Below, one piece after another: positions 26,913 through 38,507 of a stretch of DNA of 64,000 nucleotides. The translations under genes and the position numbers were made by a program. Under the pieces are notes generated by a model. That model saw only the letters and a program-made list of their open reading frames with translations, was not told where the DNA came from and did no database searches. The stretch spans positions 20,212,001 through 20,276,000 of the forward strand of contig CM120642.1 in NCBI GenBank assembly GCA_051362555.1, given 5' to 3'. Position 1 is the first letter of the stretch, and the number at the start of each line of letters is the position of its first letter. This DNA is from Lingula anatina. Lineage: Eukaryota > Animalia > Brachiopoda.

Positions 26913-29900
26913 AGTCGGTGATAGATGTTTTTTCTTTTGCACAACACAGTGAAAAATCACCAAGGATAAGTCAAAAGAAAACGTCCCAACTGTGGTTTGT
27001 GAAAATGACATTCAAGTGAACGTTTGGACCCCCCTGCCCTTTGGTCCCATAAACATTGAGACAGCGCCTAAGCTTTGTGACTGGTTTTTAATTTCTTTAA
27101 GTATTTTTTTCTCTCACTCAGTATAATTTTAATATCATAATGCATTAAAGTGAAATTTTAATCAAAGGTTGAGGCAATGCCACATGTCAGTTTACTAAAT
27201 ACTCGTTATAAATTTCTTTATCTTGGAAATCTCCCTTTTTATTTTCAGGATTATTTTGACACATACTAACACTTCTTATTTGTCGGTAAACAAGTGCACA
27301 GTGCTAAACATTAAGAATAATTTTTATTCATTCATAAATATATTTATGTACAAAATATATCAGAAATTTTAGTATTAACTGAGCTCTTTAAAGTGAAACA
27401 AATAAAGATGAGAATTTTGAATTTCAAACTATTACTATATTAACTTAAAATATCTTTTAAGTCAACTCTATACTCAAGCATCATGATAGTAGCATCTGTG
27501 AGTAAAACCATTTTATTATATCAATAGAAGAACAAAAACAAAATTTTAAACATAAGCAGTAATTAATGAAGTCATAAGAATGATTAAGTTGCTATAGTTT
27601 TCCAGTTTTATGCAGTCTGTGTTGGAATTTTTTTCAACCATGCACATAGAAATAATTATATTCTTTTTTATCTGACTTGCTGATACCAGTCTGTGCCAGA
27701 TACTATTCCACTCCCAAGCCAGCAAGGTCTGAGAATCTAATGGGCTGAATGAAAAAAAAAAAACCTAGAAGATAAAAGTGGCTAATTCTTACAAATAGGA
27801 TAAAAAACATGGGATTTTCAAAAGGTTATTATAAATCAAGACAACATTTAGTAAGAACATTTATAAAATGAACTGGAGTACATGTTACAGCTGAAAAAAT
27901 GAACTGGGCCAGTAAGTGACTGCTTTAAAGAAATTTCACTGAAACAGTCCAAATTTTACTGGCAATCAAGTAGACTGTCATACCATGGCACTCAACAAAT
28001 TATATATAGGTTTTTAATTTTTTCCACGTGACAGTAACATAAATTTTATGTCAACTTTTGAAATGTATAGAGTCAGTTAGGTGACTGAAAATATTTTAAA
28101 ATGTCATGAAGGAGCACTATTAATTTAATGCAATCTCTGTTGGCCAGTCTTATCCAGTTTCTTCTCCAAAAAGGACAACTCAAGTGAGAATTTCTTCAGG
28201 GCCTTTTCTTCTGCCTGCCAATGCCATGCCACTCAAAAGAGAGAAACCTGTAGGTTAGAAAAAAAAAAAAAACATGATAATAGCATTATGAACTACTAGT
28301 ATCCATGTAGACATTACGGAATTACGCAGTGAAGTTTAATGTGTTTTGTTATGACTTGACTGAAATAATGTTCACCACATAAATGAACAATTTACAACTA
28401 AATTTATGTAGAATATCAAGATTCATGATCACAAGCTAATAACCCCAAGAAATTGAAAGAAATTGTACTTATTACAAGAAATTATTTAAATCCAGCCTGG
28501 TTCCTACTCTTCTGACAGGACAAAAAGGGGATTTCATAGAGGCTGGTTGCTAAAAGGAAAATGCCCAAGGTTGTTGTATTTTGAAATAAATTAAAAAGGG
28601 TACTGTTGTTAGTGAATGTTTAATGCATCTTAGGCATTATGACAAAAGTAACTCACCCCAGACACGCTGACATTTTAAATTTTTTTCCAGTCTGACCATA
28701 ATTCATATTTTCAATGCAGCCTTCTCCCATATCTATAATAGAAGAAAAAAAAAAAACTTAAGTAGTGTTAAGATATGCATGTAAAATTCATTATCAATTT
28801 TGAGAGAATTTCTGTTTCAACACTGCAAGATGAAATATTTACTTTCAAGTAATGAATAAACCTTAAAAGAGTTCTATTCTTTTGTAACCACCAAGGCAAA
28901 GCTTCTTTCTTAAAATGAACTGAAACATCCAAACTTGCCACCTAACATGCCAAGGTAGTGAAGTATAGTTAAAGTAGAGAAGCAAGTACCCCTTAATAAT
29001 AGAGGTGCCTTACACAATAAGGTGTGTCTTACACACCTTGACTCAAAGGGAGATGTGTAGTGAGATAACAGGTAAAGTAATTGGTGGAGCCTAGGTGAAC
29101 TTAAAACCTTAAGACTTTAAATTAAGAAGCACCAGGATTCATGGGTGTTCTTTTTTCAAAGGTTAAATATGAATTAAAACATATATATGTAAAAAGAAGA
29201 CTAAATAAGTTTAAAATAACTATACCAAAGACACTGTGAAGTCAAACTTCCCGTTAGACCGCCATGATGGAAAATGCTGAGTGGAGGCAAAACTTTTCCA
29301 GTCAAAATAACTGAGCACCTTACTTTAACAACAAAGTTACCACTCCAAAGCCACCCACCATGGTGAGAAGAAAATTGATGACCAACTGTCATGATAAGTC
29401 TTTTTAGATTTAAACATGAAAAAGGTAAAGGCCAAAATGGTACATAACACTAGAGTAAAAAATTGGTATTCTGAACAAATCAGGTTATTTTTTTCAAGAA
29501 ATATTGGAGCAGTATCCATGCAATATATACCACGCCACGACCAAGATGTTCAAGAATCTAAACACACCAAATTTTTTTATAATCTTGCATTTGAAAAGTA
29601 CAAAAAGCGGTAAGGCTTTTGGCCGTAACAAGCGTAACACTTTTTGATCGGAACTCATGAAAATTGTCAATTGTCGTATCCAAGCTAGACCACATGTAAA
29701 ATCGCAAAAAAAAAAAGAAAACAATACTGCTCAAGCAAGTGTGTTGCACACATAACAATTAGTTAAATTTTATGACTGTCATGTGACACAAGTTTGAAAA
29801 AGTAGGAGGAAAATGTCTTTTGGAGTAATTTTTTTTTCGAAATATTAACAAGATGGCGGCTTAAGCATCTGCTTGTTATTCGGCTACTGAAAGTGCACCT

Positions 29901-30425
29901 AAGTTTTATTCTTTGCTATTGCCACAAATTACTTAACAATTGCAACTGTATAAAGACCAAACATTCTTCATCTGATACTATATTTATAGGCACTTGTTAT
30001 GAGTGGGAAATATTTTTCGTGCAATATTTATTCTCCACACACCACCTCGCGAGATCAACGTGTAGCTGGACACTTACACAGTGAGACCCTACGACATAAA
30101 AGTTGCAATTTATCTTCATATTTCGTGTAGTTATGCATTTAAAAGCACTTACCTGTTTTTTGAATACCTTGTCCAACGTAATATCATATAAATTCTGTAT
30201 TTCTCTCATTTTTTAGAAACTTGGGACTCCGTTTCTGTTTCTGTCCTCAAAAATCAACAGACAAAGGCACAGATACTAACAAACGAGATTTAAACGAGAG
30301 TAACAATTAAGCGTAACAGAGATAGGCATCCATTGTTCTCTGGGTTCTATTCATTCCGACCAATGAGAGACCGTAATACGGGCTCCGCCCCCACGCGTGT
30401 AATCTCCTTCTGTTATAACTCCTTG
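26577..30425. mobile_element. 3.85-kb non-autonomous TIR DNA transposon, possibly P superfamily
   Basis: 31-bp TIR (G/C)AAGGAGTTATAACAGAAGGAGATTACACGC at 26577-26607 and 30395-30425. 7-bp TSD GTTTCAC at 26570-26576 and 30426-30432. Sister array units show the empty site. No transposase ORF. Confidence 0.9.
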
Positions 30426-30446
30426 GTTTCACTGAGATGGAAAACC

Positions 30447-30664
30447 TGTAGTGCCAACGGGTATGTTTACGTCTCGATCTGGAAAGGCAGATCACGTGAG
30501 AGGACTGAGAACGAGACTGACGGACAGATTACATATCGGACTTCTATATGAAGAGACGGACTATTGCACATTGCGAAAAAAGTGACTCATTGGTTCAAGC
30601 TAAAGAGCTTAAAAGGTAAGAAACTACACTATTACCTTAAATAGAATCCAAAGGGAATTCTACA
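30447..30664. mobile_element. 218-bp TG..CA insertion (solo LTR or Ginger-like MITE)
   Basis: Ends TGTAG...CTACA, with a 4-bp TSD AACC at 30443-30446 and 30665-30668. Interrupts the array consensus GGAAAACCCTT. Confidence 0.75.
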
Positions 30665-30697
30665 AACCCTTCAAGGTAAGCCTGAATGCACAGTGCT

Positions 30698-31104
30698 CAG
30701 GGGCGTAACCAGACCTTTAAAAATTGTACGCACAGATTTTTAAAATTCCCAGCAAAATGTAGACTAACGCAAGAGATGAAGGACAGCGTAATTACAGCAT
30801 ATGTACCACACATCGCAGCTTAATTTCCATTAATAAAATCATCATTTAGTCAGAAATATTCTCGCAGTTAAAAAAGTTCCAATATTCTTATTACCCAGAA
30901 CGGGGGGGCGGGGGGGGGGGGGGTCAGAACAATTGTGCCTATACAATTGATACAGAGGATTTGTACATACAGGTGACTTTAATAAGCAGAGGCTTTTCTT
31001 TTATATTCCGTGAAAAATACACTAAATTTATATAAAATAATATCATGGTTGGCCAAAAAATTGTACGCACAGTGCATCCGTGCGTATGCCTTGTTACGCC
31101 CATG
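30698..31104. mobile_element. 407-bp MITE with CAGGGGCGTAAC-type termini
   Basis: TIR CAGGGGCGTAAC / GTTACGCCCATG (11 of 12 match), 5-bp TSD GTGCT. Empty site GCACAGTGCTGAC is present near 33442. Confidence 0.85.
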
Positions 31105-34100
31105 GTGCTGACATAGGTAGGAAAAGTCATTAATCCATTTTCCTTCTGTTAACAGAACTCAACTATGGCGATTCCCGATAGAGCTCCCACTGACAGCTGC
31201 AAGGAGACGGCCAAATCTAAGCTTCAGCTACTTCCATCAATCCTTGGTGCCAGCGGGTCTTACCATAGACTTCTATGAGATGACTGCATTGAGGAAGGGT
31301 CCAGCGTCCGTCTACGAGGTAGCTGCATTGGGGAAGCGTCCAGCGAGTCCTGTCATATGGTCCGTCTACGAGGTGGCTGCATTGGGGAAGCGTCCAAGCC
31401 ATGTGGCGTTTCACTAAGATGGAAAACCTGAAAGGTAAACCTGAATGCAAAGTTCTGACATAGGCAGCAAAAGTCATTTTTAGTTAGAATTAGGATGTAA
31501 CAGTTACATTAAAAAATGGAATCAAACCAAAAGTTAATCCGGTTTTCATTCTTTTAACAGAACTCGATTATGGTGATTCTAGATAGAGCTCCCACTGACA
31601 GCAGCAAGGAGAAGGCCACATCTAAGCTTCAGCTACTTCAATCAATCCTTGGTGCCAGCGAGTCCTACCATAGACTTCTACGAGATGACTGAAATTGAGG
31701 AAGCGTCCAGCGACTCTGCCATGGTCTGTCTACGAGGTGGCTGCTATGAGGTGGCTGCATTGGGGAAGCGTCCAGCGAGTCCTGTCATGGTCTGTCTGCG
31801 AGGTGACTGCTATGAGGTAGCTGCATTGGGGAAGCGTCCAGCGAGTCCTGTCATACGGTCTGTCTACGAGGTGGCTGCATCGGGGAAGCGTCCAGCGAGT
31901 CCTGTCATGGTCTGTCGATGGGGTGGCTGCACTGGGGAAGTGTCCAAGGCATATGGTGTTTCACTGAGATGGAAAACCCTTAAAGGTAACTCCTGTTATT
32001 CGGGAGAGAAATAGACTAAAATGTTTTTTCAGTTGCAGTTTTTGCCATAAACTTTTCACCTTACTGGCCATTCGGACTTCAACTTTCCTAAAAACTACTG
32101 GTCTGAGCCAGGATTTACTGGTCAGAATACAAATTTTAATAAAACTGGACTGGAATGCATTTAACATAATTATTAACAAATTCTTGGCGTTTTTAGATAG
32201 AATTGGGATGTAACAGTTACATTTAAATGAAATCAAATCAAAAGTTAATCCAATTTTCTTTCTTTCAACAGAACTCTATTATGGCGATTCTAGATAAAGC
32301 TCCCACTGACAACTGCAAGCAGAAGAGGGCCACATCTACACTTCAGCTACTTCGGTCAATCCGTGGTGGCAGCGAGTCCTGCCATGGTCTGTCTGCGAAG
32401 TGGGTGCATTGGGGAAGCGTCCAAGGCACATGGCGTTTCACTGAGATGGAAAACCCTTAAAGGTAACTTGTGTTATTGGGGAGAGAAATAGACTAAAATG
32501 TTTTTTCAGTTGCAGTCTTTGCCATAAACTTTTCGCCTCACTCGCCATTCGGACTTCAACTTTCCTAAAAACAACTGGTTTGGCCAGGATTTACTGGTCA
32601 GAATACAAATTTTAATAAAACTGGACAGGAATGCATTTAACATAATTATTAACAAATTCTTGGCATTGTTCGATAGAATTAGGATGTAACAGTTACATTA
32701 AAAATGAAATCAAATCAAAGTTAATCCAATTTTCTTTCTTTCTTTCAACAAAACTCGATGATGGCTATCTCGATAGAGCTCCCACTGACAACTGCAAGCA
32801 GAAGAGGGCCACATCTACACTTCAACTACTTCGGTCAATCCGTGGTGTCAGCAAGGCCTGCCATGGTCTGTCTATGAGGTGGCTGCATTGTGGAAGCGTC
32901 CAAGCCATGTGGTGTGTTTCACTGATATGGAAAACCCTTAAAGGTAAGCCTGAATGCAGAGTGCTGACATAGGTAGGAAAAGGCATTAATCCATTTTCTT
33001 TCTGTTAACAGAACTCGACTGTGGCGTTTCCCGGTAGAGCTTCCACTGACAGCTGCAAGGAGAAGGCCACATCTAAGCTACTTCGATCAATCCTTGGTGC
33101 CAGCGAGTCCTACCATAGACTTCTACAAGATGGCTGCTTTGAGGAAGTGTCCAACGACTCTGCCATGGTCCGTCTACGAGGTAGCTGCATTGGGGAAGCG
33201 TTCAGCGAGTCCTGCCATGGTCTGTCTATGAGGTGGCTGCTACGAGGTAGCTGCATTGGGGAAGCGTCCAGCGAGTCCTGTCATGGTCTGTCGATGAGGT
33301 GGCTGCTACGGGGTGGCTGCATTGGGGAAGCGTCCAGCGAGTCCTGTCATATGGTCTGTCTACGAGGTGGCTGCATTGGGGAAGCGTCCAAGCCATGTGG
33401 TGTTTCACTGAGATGGAAAACCCTTAAAGGTTAGCCTGAATGCACAGTGCTGACATAGGTAGGAAAAGTCATTAATCCATTTTCCTTCTGTTAACAGAAC
33501 TCGACTAAGGTGATTCCCGATAGAGCTCCTACTGACAGCTGCAAGGAGAAGGCCACATCTACGCTTCAGCTACTTCCATCAATCCTTGGTGCCAGCGAGT
33601 CCTACCATAGACTTAACGAGGTGGCTGCATTGAAGAAGCGTCCAGCGACTGTGTCATGGTCTGTCTGCGAGGTGGCTGCTATGAGATGGCTGCATCGGGG
33701 AAGCGTCCAGCGAGTCCTATCATATGGTCTGTCTACGAGGTGGCTGCTTTGGGGAAGCGTCCAAGCCATGTGGTGTGTTTCACTGAGATGGAAAACCCTT
33801 AAAGGTAACTCGTGTTCTTGCGGAGAGAAATAGACGTAAATGTTTTTTCAGTTGCAGGCTTTGCCATAAACTTTTCACCTCAGTGACCATTCGGACTTCA
33901 ATTTTCCTAAAAACTACTGGTCTGAGCCAGGATTTACTGGTCAGAATACAAAATTTAATAAAACTGGACTGGATTGCTTTTTCCATTATTATAAACAAAT
34001 TTTTGGCGTTTTTAGATAAAATTAGGATGTAACAGTTACATTAAAAATGAAATCAAATCAAAAGTTAATCCAATTTTCTTTCCTTAAACAGAACTCGATG

Positions 34101-34809
34101 ATGTCGATTCTCGATTGAGCTCCCACTGACAACTGTAAGCAGAAGAGGGCCATATCTACACTTTAGGTACTTCGATCAATCCGTGGTGACTGCATTGGGA
34201 AAGCGTCCAGCGAGTCCTGCTATGGTCTGTTTACGAGGTGACTGCATTGGGGAGCGTCCAGCGAGTCCTGCCATGATCTATCTATTAAGTTGCTGGAAGC
34301 GGGAAGCGTCCAATACATATAGCGTTTCAATGAGATGGAAAACCCTTAAAGGTAACTTGTGTTATAAGGGAGAGAAATAGACTTAAATGTTTTTCAGTTG
34401 CAGTCTTTGCCATAAACTTTTCACCTTCCTGGCCATTTGGACCTGTACTTTCCTAAAAACTACTGGTCTGAGCCAGGATTCACTTGTCCGAATACAAATT
34501 TTAATAAAACTGGACAAGATTGCATTTTTATATTAGTAACAATCATTTACAATTAATATAAATTAATATTTCAATATTAGTATTATTAATAAGAACTTGA
34601 CAATTTTTAGAATTAGGATGTAATGGTTACATTGAAAATTAAATCAAATCAAGTACTTTAATCAATTTAAACATTCTGACACATCTACATGTCCTAACAA
34701 TTAGTATGTCAGTCGCTGATTACACAGAAAATAGACATTGATACAACAAAGGGTTGGTTATTCAATGAATAGTCTTTAAAATAATAATTTGAAAGTGTTA
34801 CCGTTTTAG

Positions 34810-34967
34810 AGAATAAAAGAAACCCTAGAGAATCGCAACGTGAAAACAAAGCGGCTGGACAGCAAGAAGTGCAGTGACCTAATAGTGCTGGGTTTGCACA
34901 CGGGAAGAGCACAGACGATGCCTTGAAGGCTTACTTCTCGCAATTTGGTGAAGTCATCATGGCTCAG
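34810..34967 (+). pseudogene. TARDBP: TARDBP (TDP-43) exon covering the NLS region and RRM1 start; frameshifted
   Basis: (E)NKR... / [17 protein letters not shown] / KSTDDALKAYFSQFGEVIMAQ|gt matches TDP-43 DNKRK..[33 protein letters not shown]. The phase-1 start and phase-0 end match human exon 3. Two compensating frameshifts leave an in-frame TGA. Confidence 0.9.
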
Positions 34968-37900
34968 GTACTCATTGCTACTCATTAAGATCACTGTTAT
35001 GGGTTTCATGAAAAAAGTTCTTTAAAGTTAGTCTTTAATTTTTGACCAAATTCCGAAGATGCTTGACAACTAATTTTCATTTTAAGATTCTGGTAGAAAA
35101 GCCCTTAACCACGCACTGTCATGACACGATCCACTGTCACCGTAAAAATGATTTCTCTCGGCCATTAACCGCCCTTTTGGGATAAATCACTTTTCAAAGT
35201 TAGTACTATTGGGTAGGTAAAGGGAAAAACTAATGCTATTTTTCCTTTCTTCTTACAGAATTCCATGATGGCAGGTCCAGATAGAGCTCCCATTTTTCGT
35301 AAGAAGATTCCAGCCATGGTCTGTTTATAAGGTGTATGCATGGGGAACATCAGAAGCATTTGGTGTTTCTCGGAAATGGAAATCTTCCAAGCCGTAAAAG
35401 GTAACTCATGTTATTGCAGAGAATAATACACTAAAGTCATTTTTACCTTACAAAATTCTTGAGATAAAACCATTGGCCACATTTAACTTTACAGCTCGCT
35501 TTCACAAGGCAGTGCATTTCCCCCTTGACCTTCTTCTGGAAAAAAAACTAAACTGGGTTGGGTAGGGAGAAGAGGTAAATAGGGAAACTAATGTCTTCTA
35601 AATTTCTGTTTTGAAGTTGAGGCAGATAGCATTGGTGAACGCCTGGCCTGATGATGGTCCACTTTCATAAGGTTAAATGGAGAAAGCGATATGGGATTTC
35701 AAAAGTCCTTGCCTAGTTGTGACACCATTGGAATGTAGGACCCTTCAAGGTAAGTTATGACCTCAATTGTCATTTATCCTATAGATATTACAAAACCTTT
35801 GTCAATGCAAATTTAAAAAAAACTGGACATTTTGTGCAACACCCAAGACAAAATTGTTTTAAAGTAGACTGTTTGGAAACTGTTGTCTAGCCACTAAATG
35901 TAGACATTTGTTTTCTATTTACAATTTACTCAAGGACATCCATTTAGCAGGCATTTTAGAATCCGAAAGTTCTTTCAATTTGTCTCAAACTTGCAAAAAG
36001 AATCACTCATGCAAAATATATTGAGATCCTATCGACCAACTTTCAGATCTTCATAAGTAACAATACAATGTGACATAAGTTGCGTTGCCACCGGTCTAGA
36101 ATACGAAGAGCTACTACCTCCCGCCCCCCCCCCCCCAACCTCGCCCTCAGTTCTGCGGTTGTGATACTAAGAGACCGACGTACAGGTGAGCATTTATTTT
36201 CATCTCTTTATATTGTTAGGTATTTTCGTAATACATATTCCTCCCTTTATTCCTCTTATTTTCTAGTCACTTTCTTTTTGTAGAATCTTAGCACTCTCCT
36301 AAATCATAATGTGGTTTTCTTGTGTTGTTATAGAAATATAATAAGATAAAATAATCGTGTTAAGAACCAAAGTATTGTGAAACATCAAAATACTTATTAG
36401 AATTAACGGTGTCTAATTACCAGTGACTTACATGTTCTTTGTTGCAATTACTGCAACCTTTCAATTATTTTCCATACTTTTGTGTGAACATGTTACATTC
36501 TTTTTTTTAGGCTACGAAAGGGCAGTTTTCCAGAAATAATGTCCGAACGCAGATACCATCAATGCTAGCCCAAATGTCCAAGATGTCAAACACTTAAAGG
36601 CGCTTGCAACGAGCCCCCGTATCCCCTTCATTGATATCTGATTAAAAATTGTATGCAAAAAATATTTAGAGAATATGGAAGGGTACTGAAGAGAAATTCA
36701 ATTTAATTATATATTGAGAATTTTTGCGCTTCATTGGTCACAGATAAGAGTCGGGTGAAATTGTATTTACCAAGTTTTATTCTTTCACTTATGGCAGTGA
36801 AATATTTCATCCAAATAGCTTAAGAGAAAACTGTAGTTCAGTATGATCATTCATAATTCCATAAATGTTCAATTGAATAAGATGAATTGTGGTTCTGTGT
36901 GCAAATTTTGTCTGCCTCAACATTTATTATTAAAATTTGAAGGAGAATATTCAGTTGCTTTATCCACATTATAAATGCAGATAGGTTTTGCTCGCAAAGC
37001 ATTGGTATTATCACCATGGTCGTCTGTGTTTTATTTCAATCTTAGGGATGTAGTCATTTTTCATATTTGTGCTTTTGATGATGTGGGGTTGTTCATCAGT
37101 ATAGCGTTTGAGAAGATCATAATCCGCACACTTACCTCAACTAACCCTCACATCTTTGTAAAATACAACTTGATGTAAATGCTTTTACATGAAGAGGTTT
37201 TACATTGATAGCTTGTGCAAAATCTATAATGAAATATTTTACATTTGAGAAAATATTTCATATTTTTTGTACACAGCTCCTCGTGAGGGATGGGTGGGTG
37301 ATAAAACCTATCAATGTGAAATTCACCAAACACTTTTACACTTAAAAAAAGGAATATAACATTTTGAATAATGAAAAAAAATGCACTCAATCCAAAAGCA
37401 GGGTCTTATGTGCAAATTACCTTGCCCAGATAATAAATTTAGCCAGATGTAATGTTCATATTTGAGATTTTAAATTGTGACGATCTTGGTGACCAGTCTT
37501 CAATCATTACGTCTGAAGGGCTGGTTTGCCACACTGGATCACTTCAGGATTTTTAGAAGATGTTTTCATAAAGTTTTCAAAAATGTGCTCGGTCACTGTC
37601 TTTATATGAATGACATTAAAGGGATAACAACTCTTCATATGGGATTCAAAATTCTACAATAAATATATTGTAAACAATCAATCAATAGCAAACTCTTGGA
37701 AGAGCATGGCTTCTCAGAATGATAAACATGTTAACAACAGACAGAAATATAATACAAGGCAGCAAAGCTGTCAAATGTACAGACAAAAAACAGAAAATAA
37801 AGATGCAAAAAAGGTCATTTTGTCAATTTTGATGCAATAATAAATAATGCTTATAATAGCACTATCAGTCATTACTGAATTTTAATCATGCACAACAGGT

Positions 37901-38322
37901 AAAATGGTCAATAACATGAGCAGACCCAGAGATATTCTCTGACAGTATTCCAAAGTATCTATTTTGATCCATCTTCCATTTTGATGGTCTTCCAAAAGAA
38001 GAAAAAATAGATACCAGGCAATATAAACTTAATAACCTGACTGTCTTCCGGAAGTCCCAGAAGATGGTCTCAATCTACCCTTTCAATAAGATTACAGTTT
38101 CAGGACCATGAGAGTTCAAATTCACATGATGAAAGTCTCAATATTTGAAAAATGATGACAGTGCATAAAATAATATTACATAAGTAACATAATGTTGAAA
38201 GACATAAAAAACAATACAACTGCTTATGTGGAAATACAGAAATGTCAGAGTCTAAGGGGGATGAGAGTTAAAAGTCACAAATGCAAGTGTTTGAGAAAAA
38301 ATTATAAAGGAAAACATAACAA

Positions 38323-38507
38323 AACTAGAAAAGCACTCTGAGAGTGCAGACCTCTGCCAAGGTAGCAATTGTTGATTATTATTGATTTTTGTCCTCTTTG
38401 GCCCACTTCTGACAGTTCCTGAAAATTTCAGCAAAATCGGTCCATAACTTTTTGAGTTATGTTGATGACAAACAGGGGTGAAAATATAACCTCCTTGGCA
38501 GAGGTAA
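38323..38507 (-). mobile_element. HINE family A copy nested in family B
   Basis: Same termini as 7050-7326; perfect IR ACCTCTGCCAAGG / CCTTGGCAGAGGT. Confidence 0.8.

Larger units (their letters stand above)
26022..35749 (+). repeat. Tandem array of degenerate TARDBP-NTD-like exons (candidate spliced lncRNA or small-ORF gene)
   Basis: Units bounded by AG|AACTC...AAG|GT: 26022-26217, 26286-30675 (interrupted), 31156-31434, 31561-31985, 32272-32462, 32752-32943 (acceptor AG>AA), 33012-33429, 33498-33804, 34092-34351. Diverged copies at 35259-35400 and ~35618-35749. Introns fall into 68-nt and ~287-nt classes. Confidence 0.85.

Noticed and set aside
31230-33780. CRISPR-like look of repeated GCTGCATTGGGGAAGCGTCCA motifs
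   Set aside because: The intervening sequences are also repeated, so there are no unique spacers. Eukaryotic context and no cas genes.
36069-36497. Possible solo LTR (TGTGACAT...ATGTTACA)
   Set aside because: No TSD found for either candidate right end.
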